A DNA stretch of 58,087 bases from Pseudomonadota bacterium (GTDB lineage: Bacteria; Pseudomonadota; Alphaproteobacteria; UBA11222): positions 1 through 58,087 of the forward strand of contig JBMOMY010000288.1 in assembly GCA_049323975.1 (NCBI GenBank). The letters are read 5' to 3'. Each line of letters begins with the position of its first letter. The first letter of the stretch is position 1. The notes under the pieces were generated by a model. The model worked only from the letters and a program-made list of their open reading frames with translations, did not search any database and was not told the DNA's origin. The translations under genes were made by a program, and so were the position numbers. Positions 19,570 to 31,618 of this stretch are shown here, piece after piece.

Positions 19570-21183
19570 TCATTCCGGGGGTGGATAGGGGTCATCCATG
19601 TCCGGACCGCCTTTCTTGACATCCGCATCATTCTGCTGGACCGATAGCGCGCGACTGGCCGGAAGGTGGATGGTGGCGGTCGTCCCTCTGCCGGGCGCGC
19701 TTTCGACAATAAGTTGTCCCTGGTGAATTTCCGCAATGCGTTTCACGATGGAAAGCCCCAGCCCGGTTCCTTCAAACCGGCGCGCATGACCCATATCCAC
19801 CTGCATGAAGGGCTGGCCGATACGCGCAATATCCGCCTGCTGCATGCCCATCCCGGTGTCATTCACAAAAAGATTGACCCCGCCGCCCCCGGTTCGCCGC
19901 GCGCCGATGCTGACGGCTCCACCTTGCGGGGTGAACTTAATGGCGTTGGAAACAAGATTGAGGGTCGCCTGAAGCAGCAGCCGTCTGTCCACGCTGAGAA
20001 TGGGAAGGTCCGAGGCTATTTCCTCCTTCAGCACCACGCCGGCATTCGCGGCGCGGACGCGAATCATGCGCTGGGTGGAGTGGATCACGTCAGCAATCTC
20101 TACGGGTTCCTCATCTGGCTGAACTCCACCCATATCGAGCCGGGAGATATCCAGAATATCGTTGATGATATTCAGGAGATGCTTTCCACTGTCACAGATG
20201 TCCTGCGCATATTCCTGACATTTTGCCGTATCGAGCCGTAATGCAGCCTGGTTAAGCAGCATTTCAGAAAAGCCGATGATGGCGTTCAGTGGCGTGCGCA
20301 GTTCATGGCTCATATTGGCGAGGAACCGGGATTTGGTTTCATTCGCCCTTTCTGCGGCGATTTTTGATCTGATCAGTTCTTCACGCGCGGCATTCTGACG
20401 GGAGACATCGCGCAAATGCACGGCAAAGATTGCTCCTTTGGCCCCCGCCAGTTTTGAGAGTGAGACTTCAACTGGAAATTCCTCTCCGTTTTTCCGCAGA
20501 CCGAGAATTTCTCCCTGCTCATTCATTGTCAGCCTGGTCCCGGATGATGCGCCAAATACCGGAACATGCCGCGCATGCGCCTGTCGCGCGGGGGTCAGGC
20601 GTTCGACCAAACTTCCAATCACCTCCTCTGCCCGATAACCGAAGATGACTTCCGCGCCCGCGCTGAATTCCCGGATAACGCCTCTGTCATCGGTGACGAT
20701 GATCGCTTCGGGTGAGGCTTTCAGCAGGGCCGCCAGGGTCGCCTGGCTTTCATGCAGGGCGTCCTCTGTATTCTTGCGGGCGGTGATGTCCTGCACCGTG
20801 CCCAGTGAACGCAATGGCCTTCCCTCGCCGTCATATTCCGTCTCGCAGCGTTCCTGCACCCATTTGATCCGGCCATCCGCCATCATCAGACGGTGGATGA
20901 TCTCGTAAGATGTCTTGCTGGCAAGAGAGGCTTGATAACCCTTATGGACGATTTCCCGGTCGTCTGGATGAACGCCGTCTAGAAAGGCCTGATAGGTGGC
21001 GCCAAATTTTTCCGGGTCGATTTCAAAGATGCGGTAGATCTCATCCGACCAGACCAGCGTGTCCGTGATCAGATCAAGCTCCCAGGATCCGATCTGCGCT
21101 ACCCGCTGCGCCTCATTCAGACGCCGCGCCAGTTCCTGCAAAGGTTCGCCGGTCTGACGTTTACCGGTCATGCAGGCCGCCAC
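19570..21183 (-). CDS. PAS-PAS sensor histidine kinase (cytoplasmic)
   Basis: 537 aa. Two PAS blocks, H-box FLANMSHELRTPLNAI, N box LVSNAIKFT, and G boxes DTGMGM and GTGLGLSI. No TM segment and no adjacent response regulator. Confidence 0.9.
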   Translation of the reverse strand: MAACMTGKRQTGEPLQELARRLNEAQRVAQIGSWELDLITDTLVWSDEIYRIFEIDPEKFGATYQAFLDGVHPDDREIVHKGYQASLASKTSYEIIHRLMMADGRIKWVQERCETEYDGEGRPLRSLGTVQDITARKNTEDALHESQATLAALLKASPEAIIVTDDRGVIREFSAGAEVIFGYRAEEVIGSLVERLTPARQAHARHVPVFGASSGTRLTMNEQGEILGLRKNGEEFPVEVSLSKLAGAKGAIFAVHLRDVSRQNAAREELIRSKIAAERANETKSRFLANMSHELRTPLNAIIGFSEMLLNQAALRLDTAKCQEYAQDICDSGKHLLNIINDILDISRLDMGGVQPDEEPVEIADVIHSTQRMIRVRAANAGVVLKEEIASDLPILSVDRRLLLQATLNLVSNAIKFTPQGGAVSIGARRTGGGGVNLFVNDTGMGMQQADIARIGQPFMQVDMGHARRFEGTGLGLSIVKRIAEIHQGQLIVESAPGRGTTATIHLPASRALSVQQNDADVKKGGPDMDDPYPPPE

Positions 21184-21633
21184 TGCCGGATACGGGTGAC
21201 AGGCGCTTGAGGCGCAGCAAAGACAGAGAGAACTCGGAATATGAGAAATGAGCCCGCTGGGTCAACGAAGAATATTTCGACACGGCTCCCACCAGTTTTC
21301 TCCCCGCGATGCCGTTTTTCATGGACTTTACTGTATTAGAATATCCTTAATCTGACTTTTCAGATTGTCCGGCCTGCTGTGACGCCACAGAAGCCGCAGG
21401 CCGCGATTCAGGCGTAATTCAGGGAAATATTTACGAGATCTCCCTGGTCCACTATGGGCATGGTTGATTAACGAAAAATTAACGCTGGCGGAATTTTTCA
21501 TCATAAAGCCTCTGCAAACACAGCCAGCCGTCACAGATCCTCCCATCTTCCCGCTTCCGGCCACGACGGACCGCAGGCTGTGTGCGCAAAATTTTTCGTG
21601 GTATAAGCGGATCGAAGAAACAGGAGCATCATC

Positions 21634-22410
21634 ATGGCTTACGAAAATATCATCGTTGAAACCCATGGCCGTGTGGGTTTGATCCGGCTTAACCGGCCGC
21701 AGGCGCTGAATGCGCTGTGCAAGGCGCTGATGGATGAACTGACGGCGGCCATCGACGCCTTCGAGGCGGATGACGCCATCGGCTGCATGGTTCTGACGGG
21801 AACCGAGCGCGCCTTTGCAGCGGGCGCCGACATCAAGGAGATGCAGCCCAAAACCTATATGGAGGTGTTCCGGGAGGATTTCATCACCGCCAACTGGGAA
21901 CGCGCGGCGAGGGCGCGCAAGCCCATTATCGCTGCGGTGGCGGGTTTCGCCCTGGGGGGCGGCTGCGAACTGGCCATGATGTGCGATTTCATCCTGGCCG
22001 CCGACACCGCCAAATTCGGCCAGCCGGAAATCAATCTGGGCGTCATGCCTGGCGCGGGCGGCACCCAGCGGCTGACCCGCTTCGTGGGAAAATCCAAGGC
22101 GATGGAAATGTGCCTGACCGGACGCATGATGGATGCATCGGAGGCGGAACGCGCCGGTCTGGTAAGCCGCATCGTCCCCGCCGCAGACCTGGTCGGCGAG
22201 GCGATGAAAGTGGCGGCGGTGATTGCGGAAAAATCCCTGCCCATCGCCATGATGACCAAGGAATCCGTCAACCGCGCCTATGAAGTGTCGCTGAGCGAAG
22301 GGGTGCGCTTCGAACGCCGCCTGTTCCATTCGCAATTCGCGACAATGGATCAGAGCGAGGGCATGGCGGCCTTTATCGACAAACGCCAGCCCAAATTCCG
22401 CAACGAATAG
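21634..22410 (+). CDS. enoyl-CoA hydratase (crotonase family)
   Basis: 258 aa. [20 protein letters not shown] and [11 protein letters not shown] motifs. Confidence 0.92.
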   Translation: MAYENIIVETHGRVGLIRLNRPQALNALCKALMDELTAAIDAFEADDAIGCMVLTGTERAFAAGADIKEMQPKTYMEVFREDFITANWERAARARKPIIAAVAGFALGGGCELAMMCDFILAADTAKFGQPEINLGVMPGAGGTQRLTRFVGKSKAMEMCLTGRMMDASEAERAGLVSRIVPAADLVGEAMKVAAVIAEKSLPIAMMTKESVNRAYEVSLSEGVRFERRLFHSQFATMDQSEGMAAFIDKRQPKFRNE

Positions 22411-22418
22411 ACGGCAGG

Positions 22419-23906
22419 CTAACTCTCCGACAGCAGGCGGTCCACCAGCGCCTCGCAGCGGGCGCGCTCCGGCGCGCCATATTGCTGGATTCTTACCGCG
22501 TAAGGATCGCCGCTGAAAAAGATTTCGTAATGTTCCTGACGGCTGCCGAATTCGGTGGCCACCGCATCCCAGGCGAGCTTCTGCAGTTGCACCTTGCGCC
22601 GCGCATCGATTTCCGGACCCGCCAGCACCCGCCCCAGCGCCGATGCGATTTCCGGATGCGCCAGATCGCCTTCGGTGGGAGTCATCACCAGACCGCTGGA
22701 GGCGATGCGCCGGATCACATCGCATACTTGGGTGTTCACCATGGGGAAGAACTGGCGCATGGCGGCGCCTCCCACGAAACTCTGGAAAGGGTGCACGCCG
22801 CGCGCAACCTCGAAGCTTTGCGAATAATCGGCCTTGGCGCCGGTGAGCTCTTTTGTGGCCTGGATCCGCCGCAGGGTTTCATTCGCCGCCGCAGTGATCA
22901 GCCCTTCGGCGATCTGCACATAGCCGACCAGTTCTCCCAGCATTTCCTGATAGCGCGGCATCCTGTCGCGGCCGCTAAGCGTGGCGAGACGGCAGGCGAG
23001 CCCTGTCATGAAACGCAGCTTTTCCGTCCCGCGAATGACCGCCTGCAGGCCGACATGCCCGGGAAAGGCCACAATCATGGCGTTATAGGCGCGGATATCC
23101 CCCGCCACGAACACTCTCTCCCACGGGATCAGCACATTATCAAAAAACGCGATCGCATCGCCTTCGTCGAAACGGCCGGAAAGCGGCCGGTCAAACGCGC
23201 TGCGCCCCTGGTCATAGGTTTCGCGCGCCACGAAACGCAGCCCTTCCGCCGCCACCGGAACGGCGAAGGCGGCGGCATAGGCCTCCTCCCCCGCCTGGCG
23301 CGGCATGAACGGGCCCACCAGCAATTCATCCGAAACCGGCGCAAGGGTGGAGAGCATGCGCGCCCCATTGACGATGATCCCCGCGCTGGTTTCCTTCACG
23401 ATCCGCATCGCCTGCTGGGCGTCCGGCCCCTTGGCGCGGTCGATCTGCGGGTCCACCAGCGTATGGGTCATCGCCACGTCATTGTCGCGGCAATGAACGT
23501 AATAGGCGCTGGCGTTGTCCGCGAATTTCCGGTCCTTCATGCCCAGCACATGGGGGATCATCGCCATGTCGGTAACCCAGGCGTTCATGAAATCCGGCAG
23601 CCGCCCCATCAGCCCGTAAGTGAATTGCGACCGCGCCCGGTCCCCCGCAACCCGCGCCTCCATCAGCGCGCGATCCGTCGCCGGGAGAAAGGAATTGCTG
23701 ACCGGCGCGCCATCCTTTGGTGAGGCGAAGGTCAAGGTCTCGCGCAGCGCCGCGTCATGATGCCGGTCATAATGACGCGCCAGTTCCGCCACCACGCCGC
23801 GAAAACCGCTATAGGCGGTGACGTCGCGCACCAGTTCGCCATTCACATGAATGCGGCGTCCATCCTGCAGCCCCCTGATATACTCCGCCCCGGTGCGTGC
23901 GCCCAT
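22419..23906 (-). CDS. HpaB-family flavin-dependent monooxygenase oxygenase component (4-hydroxyphenylacetate 3-hydroxylase-like)
   Basis: N-terminus TGAEYIRGLQDGRRIHVNGELVRDVT and a length of about 495 aa are typical of the HpaB/PvcC family. Start set at MGARTG (23906). No flavin reductase gene is adjacent. Confidence 0.75.
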   Translation of the reverse strand: MGARTGAEYIRGLQDGRRIHVNGELVRDVTAYSGFRGVVAELARHYDRHHDAALRETLTFASPKDGAPVSNSFLPATDRALMEARVAGDRARSQFTYGLMGRLPDFMNAWVTDMAMIPHVLGMKDRKFADNASAYYVHCRDNDVAMTHTLVDPQIDRAKGPDAQQAMRIVKETSAGIIVNGARMLSTLAPVSDELLVGPFMPRQAGEEAYAAAFAVPVAAEGLRFVARETYDQGRSAFDRPLSGRFDEGDAIAFFDNVLIPWERVFVAGDIRAYNAMIVAFPGHVGLQAVIRGTEKLRFMTGLACRLATLSGRDRMPRYQEMLGELVGYVQIAEGLITAAANETLRRIQATKELTGAKADYSQSFEVARGVHPFQSFVGGAAMRQFFPMVNTQVCDVIRRIASSGLVMTPTEGDLAHPEIASALGRVLAGPEIDARRKVQLQKLAWDAVATEFGSRQEHYEIFFSGDPYAVRIQQYGAPERARCEALVDRLLSES

Positions 23907-24130
23907 GTTCTTGCCTCCCCCTGTTCTGATTTGCCGGACCACTGGCAAACATCATCAGAGTAGCGGATGCCCGGAGGATATGGCGAAGCATTTTTTCATC
24001 CCGCAAACGCAAACCCCTCCCGAGGGGGGAGGGGTTCTTGACCGCAGAATTCCCAGGCTTTGTTCCCTTCCTCCTTGCAGAAGGGAACAGGGCTGAGGAA
24101 AGAGGCTGCGCCGTCAGACCTTCTGCGGGC

Positions 24131-25756
<1,626 letters not shown>

Positions 25757-25827
25757 TCAGTGACCTCGTTTAGTGATATCTATGGTAATTCGCCTGATGC
25801 GGATGTTCGGATCCAAACCGGATGGGC

Positions 25828-26115
25828 TCAGTCGATCACGCCCAGAATGTCGCTTTCCTTCAGGATGATCCGTTCCTCGCCCTTGATCTTCACTTCCGTG
25901 CCGGCATATTTGCCAAACAGAATGCGATCGCCTTTTTTGACGCTTACCGGGATGATTTCGCCTTTTTCGGTGCGGGCGCCATTTCCCACGGCCACGATCT
26001 CGCCTTCCTGAGGTTTTTCCTTCGCCGTATCGGGGATAATGATGCCGCCAGCGGTTTTTTCATCCGCATCAATGCGGCGCACCAGCACCCGGTCATGCAA
26101 TGGACGAAAAGACAT
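25828..26115 (-). CDS. groS: co-chaperonin GroES
   Basis: 95 aa. [10 protein letters not shown] and [13 protein letters not shown]. Confidence 0.99.
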   Translation of the reverse strand: MSFRPLHDRVLVRRIDADEKTAGGIIIPDTAKEKPQEGEIVAVGNGARTEKGEIIPVSVKKGDRILFGKYAGTEVKIKGEERIILKESDILGVID

Positions 26116-26190
26116 GCAACAACTCCTTTTTTCATAGGCGCGACCATCCGCCGCGCCAAGCCTGGGTCCATAGGTGAGAATGAGTTTAAA

Positions 26191-26217
26191 TTAGCACTCT
26201 TAGTCAATGAGTGCCAA
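26191..26217 (-). promoter_or_regulatory. CIRCE operator (HrcA binding site) upstream of groES
   Basis: TTAGCACTC-N9-GAGTGCCAA matches the CIRCE consensus TTAGCACTC-N9-GAGTGCTAA with one mismatch. It lies 76 nt upstream of the groES ATG. Confidence 0.85.
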
Positions 26218-26283
26218 TCGCTCCGGTGATGTAGGCCATCCGGGATATGGGTTCAAGAAAAAAATGCGGCCGAAGAAGGATCG

Positions 26284-27378
26284 TTATTTCTCTTCCGCGC
26301 CGGTCAGGGCGCGGGCGAACTGGTCCGCGTCGAAATCCCGAAAATCCTCAATACCTTCGCCAATCCCGATGGCGTAGACCGGCAGTCCGAATTTGCGCGC
26401 CGCCGCAACCAGAATCCCCCCCCGGGCGGTGCCGTCAAGTTTGGTCATGATCAGACCGCTGACCCCCGCCATATCCCGGAAGACCTCGACCTGCGAAAGC
26501 GCATTCTGTCCGGTGGTGGCGTCCAGCACCAGCAGCACCGCATGAGGGGCGGTGGGGTCCAGCCTGCCCAGCACCCGGTTGATTTTCTTCAATTCCTCCA
26601 TCAGGCCGGTCTTGTTCTGCAAACGGCCGGCCGTATCGATCAGCAGCACATCCATCTGCGCCGCCTGGGCCTGGGCCAGGGCGTCATACACCAGTCCCGC
26701 GGCATCCGCCCCCTGTTTTCCGGCGATGACCGGCGCGCCGGCGCGTTCCCCCCAGATCTGCAATTGCTCGATCGCCGCGGCGCGAAACGTATCCCCCGCC
26801 GCCAGCATGACCTTGCGCCCTTCGCTGCGCAGCCGGTAGGCCAGTTTGCCGATGGTTGTGGTCTTCCCCACGCCATTGACCCCGGTCACCAGCACCACAA
26901 AAGGTTTCCTGGCAGGGTCGACTGGCAGCGCAGCCGTCACGGGGCGCAGGATGTCTGCGATCCGCGCGGCCAGAAACCGGCGCACCTCGGGTGGTGAAAT
27001 CTCCTTGTTCAGCCTTTCCCTGCCCAGCGCTTCCGAAATCTCCAGCGCCGCCTCGACCCCCAGATCGGACTGGATCAGCAGATCCTCCAGTTCCTCCAGT
27101 GTCGTCGCGTCAAGCTTCGCCTTGGTGAAAATCCCGGTGACGCCGCCGGAAAGGGCGCTGGCGGAACGGCTGAGCCCGTCGCGCAACCGCGCCAGCCAGC
27201 CCTTGGCGCTGGCGGGTTCGGGATTTCCGGCTTCGGGCGCGGGCGGCGCAACTTCGGGCGCGGGCGCCGTTTCCGCCGCTATCGGCGCGGGCGCCGCCGT
27301 CTGCGTCTCCTCCGCGGTCTCTGGCGGAGGCGCGTCCGTCTTTGAACGGCTCCAGGGCGTTTTGAAAGGCAGGCGCAT
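26284..27378 (-). CDS. ftsY: signal recognition particle-docking protein FtsY
   Basis: 364 aa. Acidic Ala/Pro/Glu N-domain, GVNGVGKTTTIGKLA, DTAGRL and TKLDGTA.GG motifs. Confidence 0.95.
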   Translation of the reverse strand: MRLPFKTPWSRSKTDAPPPETAEETQTAAPAPIAAETAPAPEVAPPAPEAGNPEPASAKGWLARLRDGLSRSASALSGGVTGIFTKAKLDATTLEELEDLLIQSDLGVEAALEISEALGRERLNKEISPPEVRRFLAARIADILRPVTAALPVDPARKPFVVLVTGVNGVGKTTTIGKLAYRLRSEGRKVMLAAGDTFRAAAIEQLQIWGERAGAPVIAGKQGADAAGLVYDALAQAQAAQMDVLLIDTAGRLQNKTGLMEELKKINRVLGRLDPTAPHAVLLVLDATTGQNALSQVEVFRDMAGVSGLIMTKLDGTARGGILVAAARKFGLPVYAIGIGEGIEDFRDFDADQFARALTGAEEK

Positions 27379-27380
27379 GA

Positions 27381-28649
27381 TCAGCCTATTAACGTCGCGG
27401 TCGCATGACCGCCCGCATTACCCCAGATCCGCACCTGTTGCAAACTTCCCGGCGCGGCGGCCCGGTCAATCCGCACTTCTGCAAAACCTTCCGTTCTTCC
27501 CCTGCTTTCCGTCTCCATCAGGATTTCCACCCGGCTGCCGGCCAGATTTTGCAGATGGGATTGAAGCCGGCGCGCGCCCTCGGCGCGAAGCCGGCTGGCG
27601 CGCTGCCTGCGCAGGTCCTGGGGAAGCTGCGGCATTCTTGCGGCCGGCGTGCCCTGCCGGGCGGAATAGGGAAACACATGCACGTAAGTCAGACCGCAGT
27701 CTTCGATGAGGTCCAGACTGCCCGCAAACATTTCCTCCGTTTCAGTGGGAAAACCCGCAATCAGATCGGCCCCCAGAACGATGCCGGGCCGCAGGGCGCG
27801 CAATCGCGCGCACAGATCAACGGCGTCCCTGCGGGAATGCCGCCGCTTCATGCGCTTCAGGATCATGTCATCGCCTGATTGCAGGGAAAGATGCAGATGC
27901 GGCATCAGGCGGCGTTCATGGGCGATGGCGTCCAGCAGCGCATCATCCAGTTCGATCACATCCAGGGAAGAAAGGCGCAGCCGCGCCAGTTCCGGAATCT
28001 GGTTCAGAATCTTGTGGACGAGCACCCCCAGCGTCATCTTTCCCGGCAGATCGGCGCCATAGGCCGTGATGTCCACGCCGGTCAGCACCACCTCCCGGTA
28101 GCCATTCTGCACCAGGCGCTTCACCTGATCGATGACGCCGCCTGCGGGCACGCTGCGCGAATTGCCCCGCCCATAGGGGATGATGCAAAAGGTGCAGCGG
28201 TGATCGCAGCCGTTCTGGATCTGTACGAAGGCGCGGGCGCGTCCTTCCATACCGTCGATCATATGCAGGGCGGTTTCCCGCACCGAGAGGATGTCATTGA
28301 CCCGCACCTTCTCGCTCTCGCCGACGCCGAAGTCGCGGGCCGGCGCGTAATGCGCCGCCTCCAGCTTTTCCATATTGCCCAGCACCAGATCGACCTCCGG
28401 CATCTCGGCGAAGCGCTGCGGCTCTATCTGCGCGGCGCATCCGGTGACGATGATCCGCGCGTCCCTGTGTTCACGGCGCGCCTTGCGCGCCGCCTGCCGG
28501 GCCTGGCGGGCCGCCTCGGCGGTGACGGCGCAGCTGTTGATGATGACGGCGTCCGTCAATCCCGCCTCGGCGGCGCGGCGGCGCATCAGTTCCGCCTCAT
28601 ACTGATTGAGACGGCAGCCAAAATTGATGATCCGCGCCTCGCTCATCAC
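27381..28649 (-). CDS. mtaB: tRNA (N6-threonylcarbamoyladenosine37-C2)-methylthiotransferase MtaB
   Basis: 422 aa. N-terminal FGCRLNQYE, radical-SAM CDHRCTFCIIP and a C-terminal TRAM-like region. Confidence 0.88.
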   Translation of the reverse strand: MMSEARIINFGCRLNQYEAELMRRRAAEAGLTDAVIINSCAVTAEAARQARQAARKARREHRDARIIVTGCAAQIEPQRFAEMPEVDLVLGNMEKLEAAHYAPARDFGVGESEKVRVNDILSVRETALHMIDGMEGRARAFVQIQNGCDHRCTFCIIPYGRGNSRSVPAGGVIDQVKRLVQNGYREVVLTGVDITAYGADLPGKMTLGVLVHKILNQIPELARLRLSSLDVIELDDALLDAIAHERRLMPHLHLSLQSGDDMILKRMKRRHSRRDAVDLCARLRALRPGIVLGADLIAGFPTETEEMFAGSLDLIEDCGLTYVHVFPYSARQGTPAARMPQLPQDLRRQRASRLRAEGARRLQSHLQNLAGSRVEILMETESRGRTEGFAEVRIDRAAAPGSLQQVRIWGNAGGHATATLIG

Positions 28650-29506
28650 GTTTCCAGCAATTCCGGGGCAAGGACGCCGGAAAAGCAGTGCGCCGCTGGA
28701 CCCGTCATATAGATGCGGTTATCGCTTTCGCGCCAGTCGATCTCCAGCACGCCGCCATCCAGTTCGACCCGCGCCTTGCGCGCCGCCAGATTCTTGTCCT
28801 TGCGGGCGGCCGCAGCCACCACCGCGCAGGCGGCGGTGCCGCAGGCCTCCGTCAGGCCGACGCCCCGTTCCCATACCCGCAGACGGATATCGTCGCGCGC
28901 GCGAATCTGGGCAAAGCCCACATTGACGCGCTCCGGAAACAGGAAATGGTTTTCAACCATCGGGCCGATGCGTTCAGGGTCATGCGCGGAAATGTCGGGA
29001 ACAAAGAAAACGCAATGCGGATTGCCCACATTCACCACGCTGGGGAAGGCAAGAAGCGGTTTTTCTATCGGTCCGATCTTCAGATCGACGCCGCGGGTGT
29101 CCATGCGCTCCGAAAGCGGAATCTCCTCCCACTCGAATTTCGGCGCGCCCATATCCACGGTGATCAGCCCCCCGTCCCCCGCCCAGCAGCGCAGCAGACC
29201 GGCATTGGTCCCGATCACCGCCTGACGTTTGCCGGTTTCTTCCATGAACAGCCGGGCCACGCAGCGGGTGGCGTTGCCACAGGCGTCCACTTCGCCCCCA
29301 TCCGCATTGTAAATGCCCATGAAAACGTCGCTGGCCGCCTGGCGCGGCGGGGCCAGGGTGATCAGCATATCCGCCCCGACCCCACGCCGGCGCGCGCACA
29401 CGGCCCGGACCAGACCTGGGGTAATGACCAGGCTCTGCACCCGCAGATCGGCAATGACGAAATCATTGCCAAGCCCGTGCATCTTGCGGAAAGAAACCTC
29501 ATTCAT
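28646..29506 (-). CDS. dapF: diaminopimelate epimerase
   Basis: 286 aa. FRKMHGLGNDF and the two active-site Cys blocks GNATRC and ACGTAA. ATGA overlap with mtaB. Confidence 0.95.
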   Translation of the reverse strand: MNEVSFRKMHGLGNDFVIADLRVQSLVITPGLVRAVCARRRGVGADMLITLAPPRQAASDVFMGIYNADGGEVDACGNATRCVARLFMEETGKRQAVIGTNAGLLRCWAGDGGLITVDMGAPKFEWEEIPLSERMDTRGVDLKIGPIEKPLLAFPSVVNVGNPHCVFFVPDISAHDPERIGPMVENHFLFPERVNVGFAQIRARDDIRLRVWERGVGLTEACGTAACAVVAAAARKDKNLAARKARVELDGGVLEIDWRESDNRIYMTGPAAHCFSGVLAPELLET

Positions 29507-29767
29507 GGCTACGGTACAGGGTAAATCGCCCCAATGTGGTGGATTTGAAGTTACAGCAGTGAGAGCGGCATATACTTACAGCAACTTCAGAACCAAAACC
29601 ACTCCGGTGGCGCAACCCGCCGCCTGGGAAGATTATTGGAGCGGGCGCCCGTCACTCCAGCCGATTCGCCATCCGGGGGGATTCTCCGGACTTGCCCTTT
29701 CAGAAGAATGTAATATATTTGTATTAGGATTTACGGTCAGACCCAATCCCCAGGAGGAACCAACGCC

Positions 29768-30727
29768 ATGAAACGTTTCATCCATTTTGATGAATTGGCC
29801 CGTGACAGCCGCTTTATCCGCCAGGACAGCGCGGCAAATAATCTGGTCTCCATGCTGCCGGACGATGTGGATAAAGTGGTTGAAGTATTTGAAAAGTTTG
29901 ATCCGCTGATTGAAGCGGCGACCCGTGGCACCGCAGCCGAACCTCTTTATGATGAATATGGCCCCGCTTATCAGCTCGTCGTGCTGAACGAGCCGATCCG
30001 GGCCGAAGACCCGCAGGTGGCCGAACGCCTGCGCCTGCGCGTGCATGGCATTTTCGTGGGCGAATTGCAGGCGCTGGAAGGGGCCGCGCGCTCGTTATGG
30101 GATTTTCCCGAGGCCCCATGGGAATTCAAGATGAATATGGCGCGCCAGGCCTGGGATGAAGCCCGCCATGTGCAGATTCAGGAGAAACTGCTGCAGCATC
30201 TGGGGGGAGAGATCGGTCAATATCCCGAAAGCACCTTCCTGTTCGAGGCCGCCTGTTCGCCCGATCCGGCGATGCGGGTCGCCGGGGTCAACCGTGGTCT
30301 GGAAGGGCTGGCCTGCGATGTGTTCCGCGACATGATCCGCTATGGCGAAGCGGCGGGCGACGAGACCATAGAACAGGCGATGGATTTCGTGTTGGCGGAT
30401 GAAATCACCCATGTGCGCTTTGGCAGTGAATGGGTGAAGGAATTCACCAAGGACGATCCGGAATATCTGAAACGCACCCAGGATTTCCGCCGGGAGGTGG
30501 ACCGGCGCTTCAGCTTTGGCGGGGCCCGCAGCGCCCGCAGCGACGCCGCCATTCGCATTGCGGTGCAGGACCGGCTGGATGCGGGCTTCACCCAAGAGGA
30601 GATTGACGAGATCGCCAGTCTGAGCGCGGGCGGGCCCAGCAAGGATACGCTCCAAAAAGCCTCGAACATCCTGCGCGAGCGGCATAAGACGCGCCGTCAG
30701 GACGCCAGCCAGACCGCTGCGGAATAA
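29768..30727 (+). CDS. ferritin-like di-iron protein (DUF455/COG2833-like), function unknown
   Basis: 319 aa. A complete four-helix carboxylate-bridged di-iron ligand set is visible: ELQALE, WDEARH (ExxH), LEGLACD and ADEITH (ExxH). An AT-rich stretch sits about 40 nt upstream. Confidence 0.75.
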   Translation: MKRFIHFDELARDSRFIRQDSAANNLVSMLPDDVDKVVEVFEKFDPLIEAATRGTAAEPLYDEYGPAYQLVVLNEPIRAEDPQVAERLRLRVHGIFVGELQALEGAARSLWDFPEAPWEFKMNMARQAWDEARHVQIQEKLLQHLGGEIGQYPESTFLFEAACSPDPAMRVAGVNRGLEGLACDVFRDMIRYGEAAGDETIEQAMDFVLADEITHVRFGSEWVKEFTKDDPEYLKRTQDFRREVDRRFSFGGARSARSDAAIRIAVQDRLDAGFTQEEIDEIASLSAGGPSKDTLQKASNILRERHKTRRQDASQTAAE

Positions 30728-30739
30728 GGAGGCGTCATT

Positions 30740-31420
30740 ATGTCTGAAGTCCGTATGTATCCTGGCTCGGGCCGGGAGGAACGCACCACCTTCGCCCCTT
30801 ATTCCGCATTCGACATTCCCGCCGATCTGCGCCAGTTGCATGGCCGCTATGATGTCGAGGCGGTGGCTCTGCGGGTGCGCAACTGGCGCTACGCCGAGGA
30901 ATGGATCATGATGATCCTGGGCGGCTGGGTGGCGACGGTGCCCGAACTGCCGGTGAAAACCGGTCTTGGCAAGATCATCTGGGATGGGGCCCAGGCGGCC
31001 GACGCCCTTGGCAAACGTCTGCCGGAATTACGCTGCGGCACCAGGGCGGGGCAGCAATCCTCACGTCCGGGCAATCAGGGATTTGCGGAATTCATCCAGG
31101 AAATTTCCGCGCCTGAAACCCCGGACCTGACCATAGAGAAGCTCTCGGGCGTGTTCGATGTTCTGAAACCGCATCTGGTCAAGGCGTACGAAAAGTTCAA
31201 TTCGGAAACCGATCAGATTTGCGACGCCCCCACCATAGAAATGCTGGAAGACATTATCCGCCGGACCCAAAAACATATCGCCTGGGGCCAGACCGTACTG
31301 GATGAGCTGTGCAATACCAACGCCACCCGCGCCCGGCGGGAAGCGCGCATCAAGGAATTGAAGGCGCGGCTTGCCGCCTGTGGCGGCGTGACCGGCGAAG
31401 AGGCAGTCATCACCCATTAA
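30740..31420 (+). CDS. hypothetical protein; divergent, ligand-deficient paralogue of the upstream ferritin-like protein
   Basis: 226 aa, starting 12 nt after the upstream stop. The block VPELPVKTGLGKIIWDGAQAAD aligns with FPEAPWEFKMNMARQAWDEARH of the neighbour (PExP...WDxA retained, ExxH lost). Confidence 0.65.
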   Translation: MSEVRMYPGSGREERTTFAPYSAFDIPADLRQLHGRYDVEAVALRVRNWRYAEEWIMMILGGWVATVPELPVKTGLGKIIWDGAQAADALGKRLPELRCGTRAGQQSSRPGNQGFAEFIQEISAPETPDLTIEKLSGVFDVLKPHLVKAYEKFNSETDQICDAPTIEMLEDIIRRTQKHIAWGQTVLDELCNTNATRARREARIKELKARLAACGGVTGEEAVITH

Positions 31421-31618
31421 CAGGAAACCGCTGGCGGCCCGGATCCGAAAACCGGTATACGGGTCCGCTGGGCGGAACGGGCAGCCAGCTTTACAAGACG
31501 CAGGAAGCTCCGGCAAAACCGGACTTGCGGAGAGGAAGCAGTTGGCGCAGTCTTGGAACGATTCCCGCTCGCTGCTTCTGCAACCGCAACGACGAAAGCG
31601 AAACCTTTCGCCAATCCC

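Noticed and set aside
21328-22725. 465-aa ORF on the minus strand
   Set aside because: It is antisense to the enoyl-CoA hydratase, which has clear crotonase motifs, and it runs across an intergenic AT-rich region.
27381-30727. Idea that the ferritin-like protein is a MiaE-type tRNA hydroxylase functionally tied to the nearby mtaB
   Set aside because: The genes are divergent and separated by dapF. MtaB acts on t6A rather than on the i6A substrate of MiaE. The ferritin-like protein is longer than MiaE and has a different motif context. There is no support beyond a shared superfamily.
31530-31560. Possible sigma54 promoter (TGGCGC...TTGG) ahead of the transaminase
   Set aside because: The GG-N10-GC spacing rule is not met: GA occupies the -12 position.
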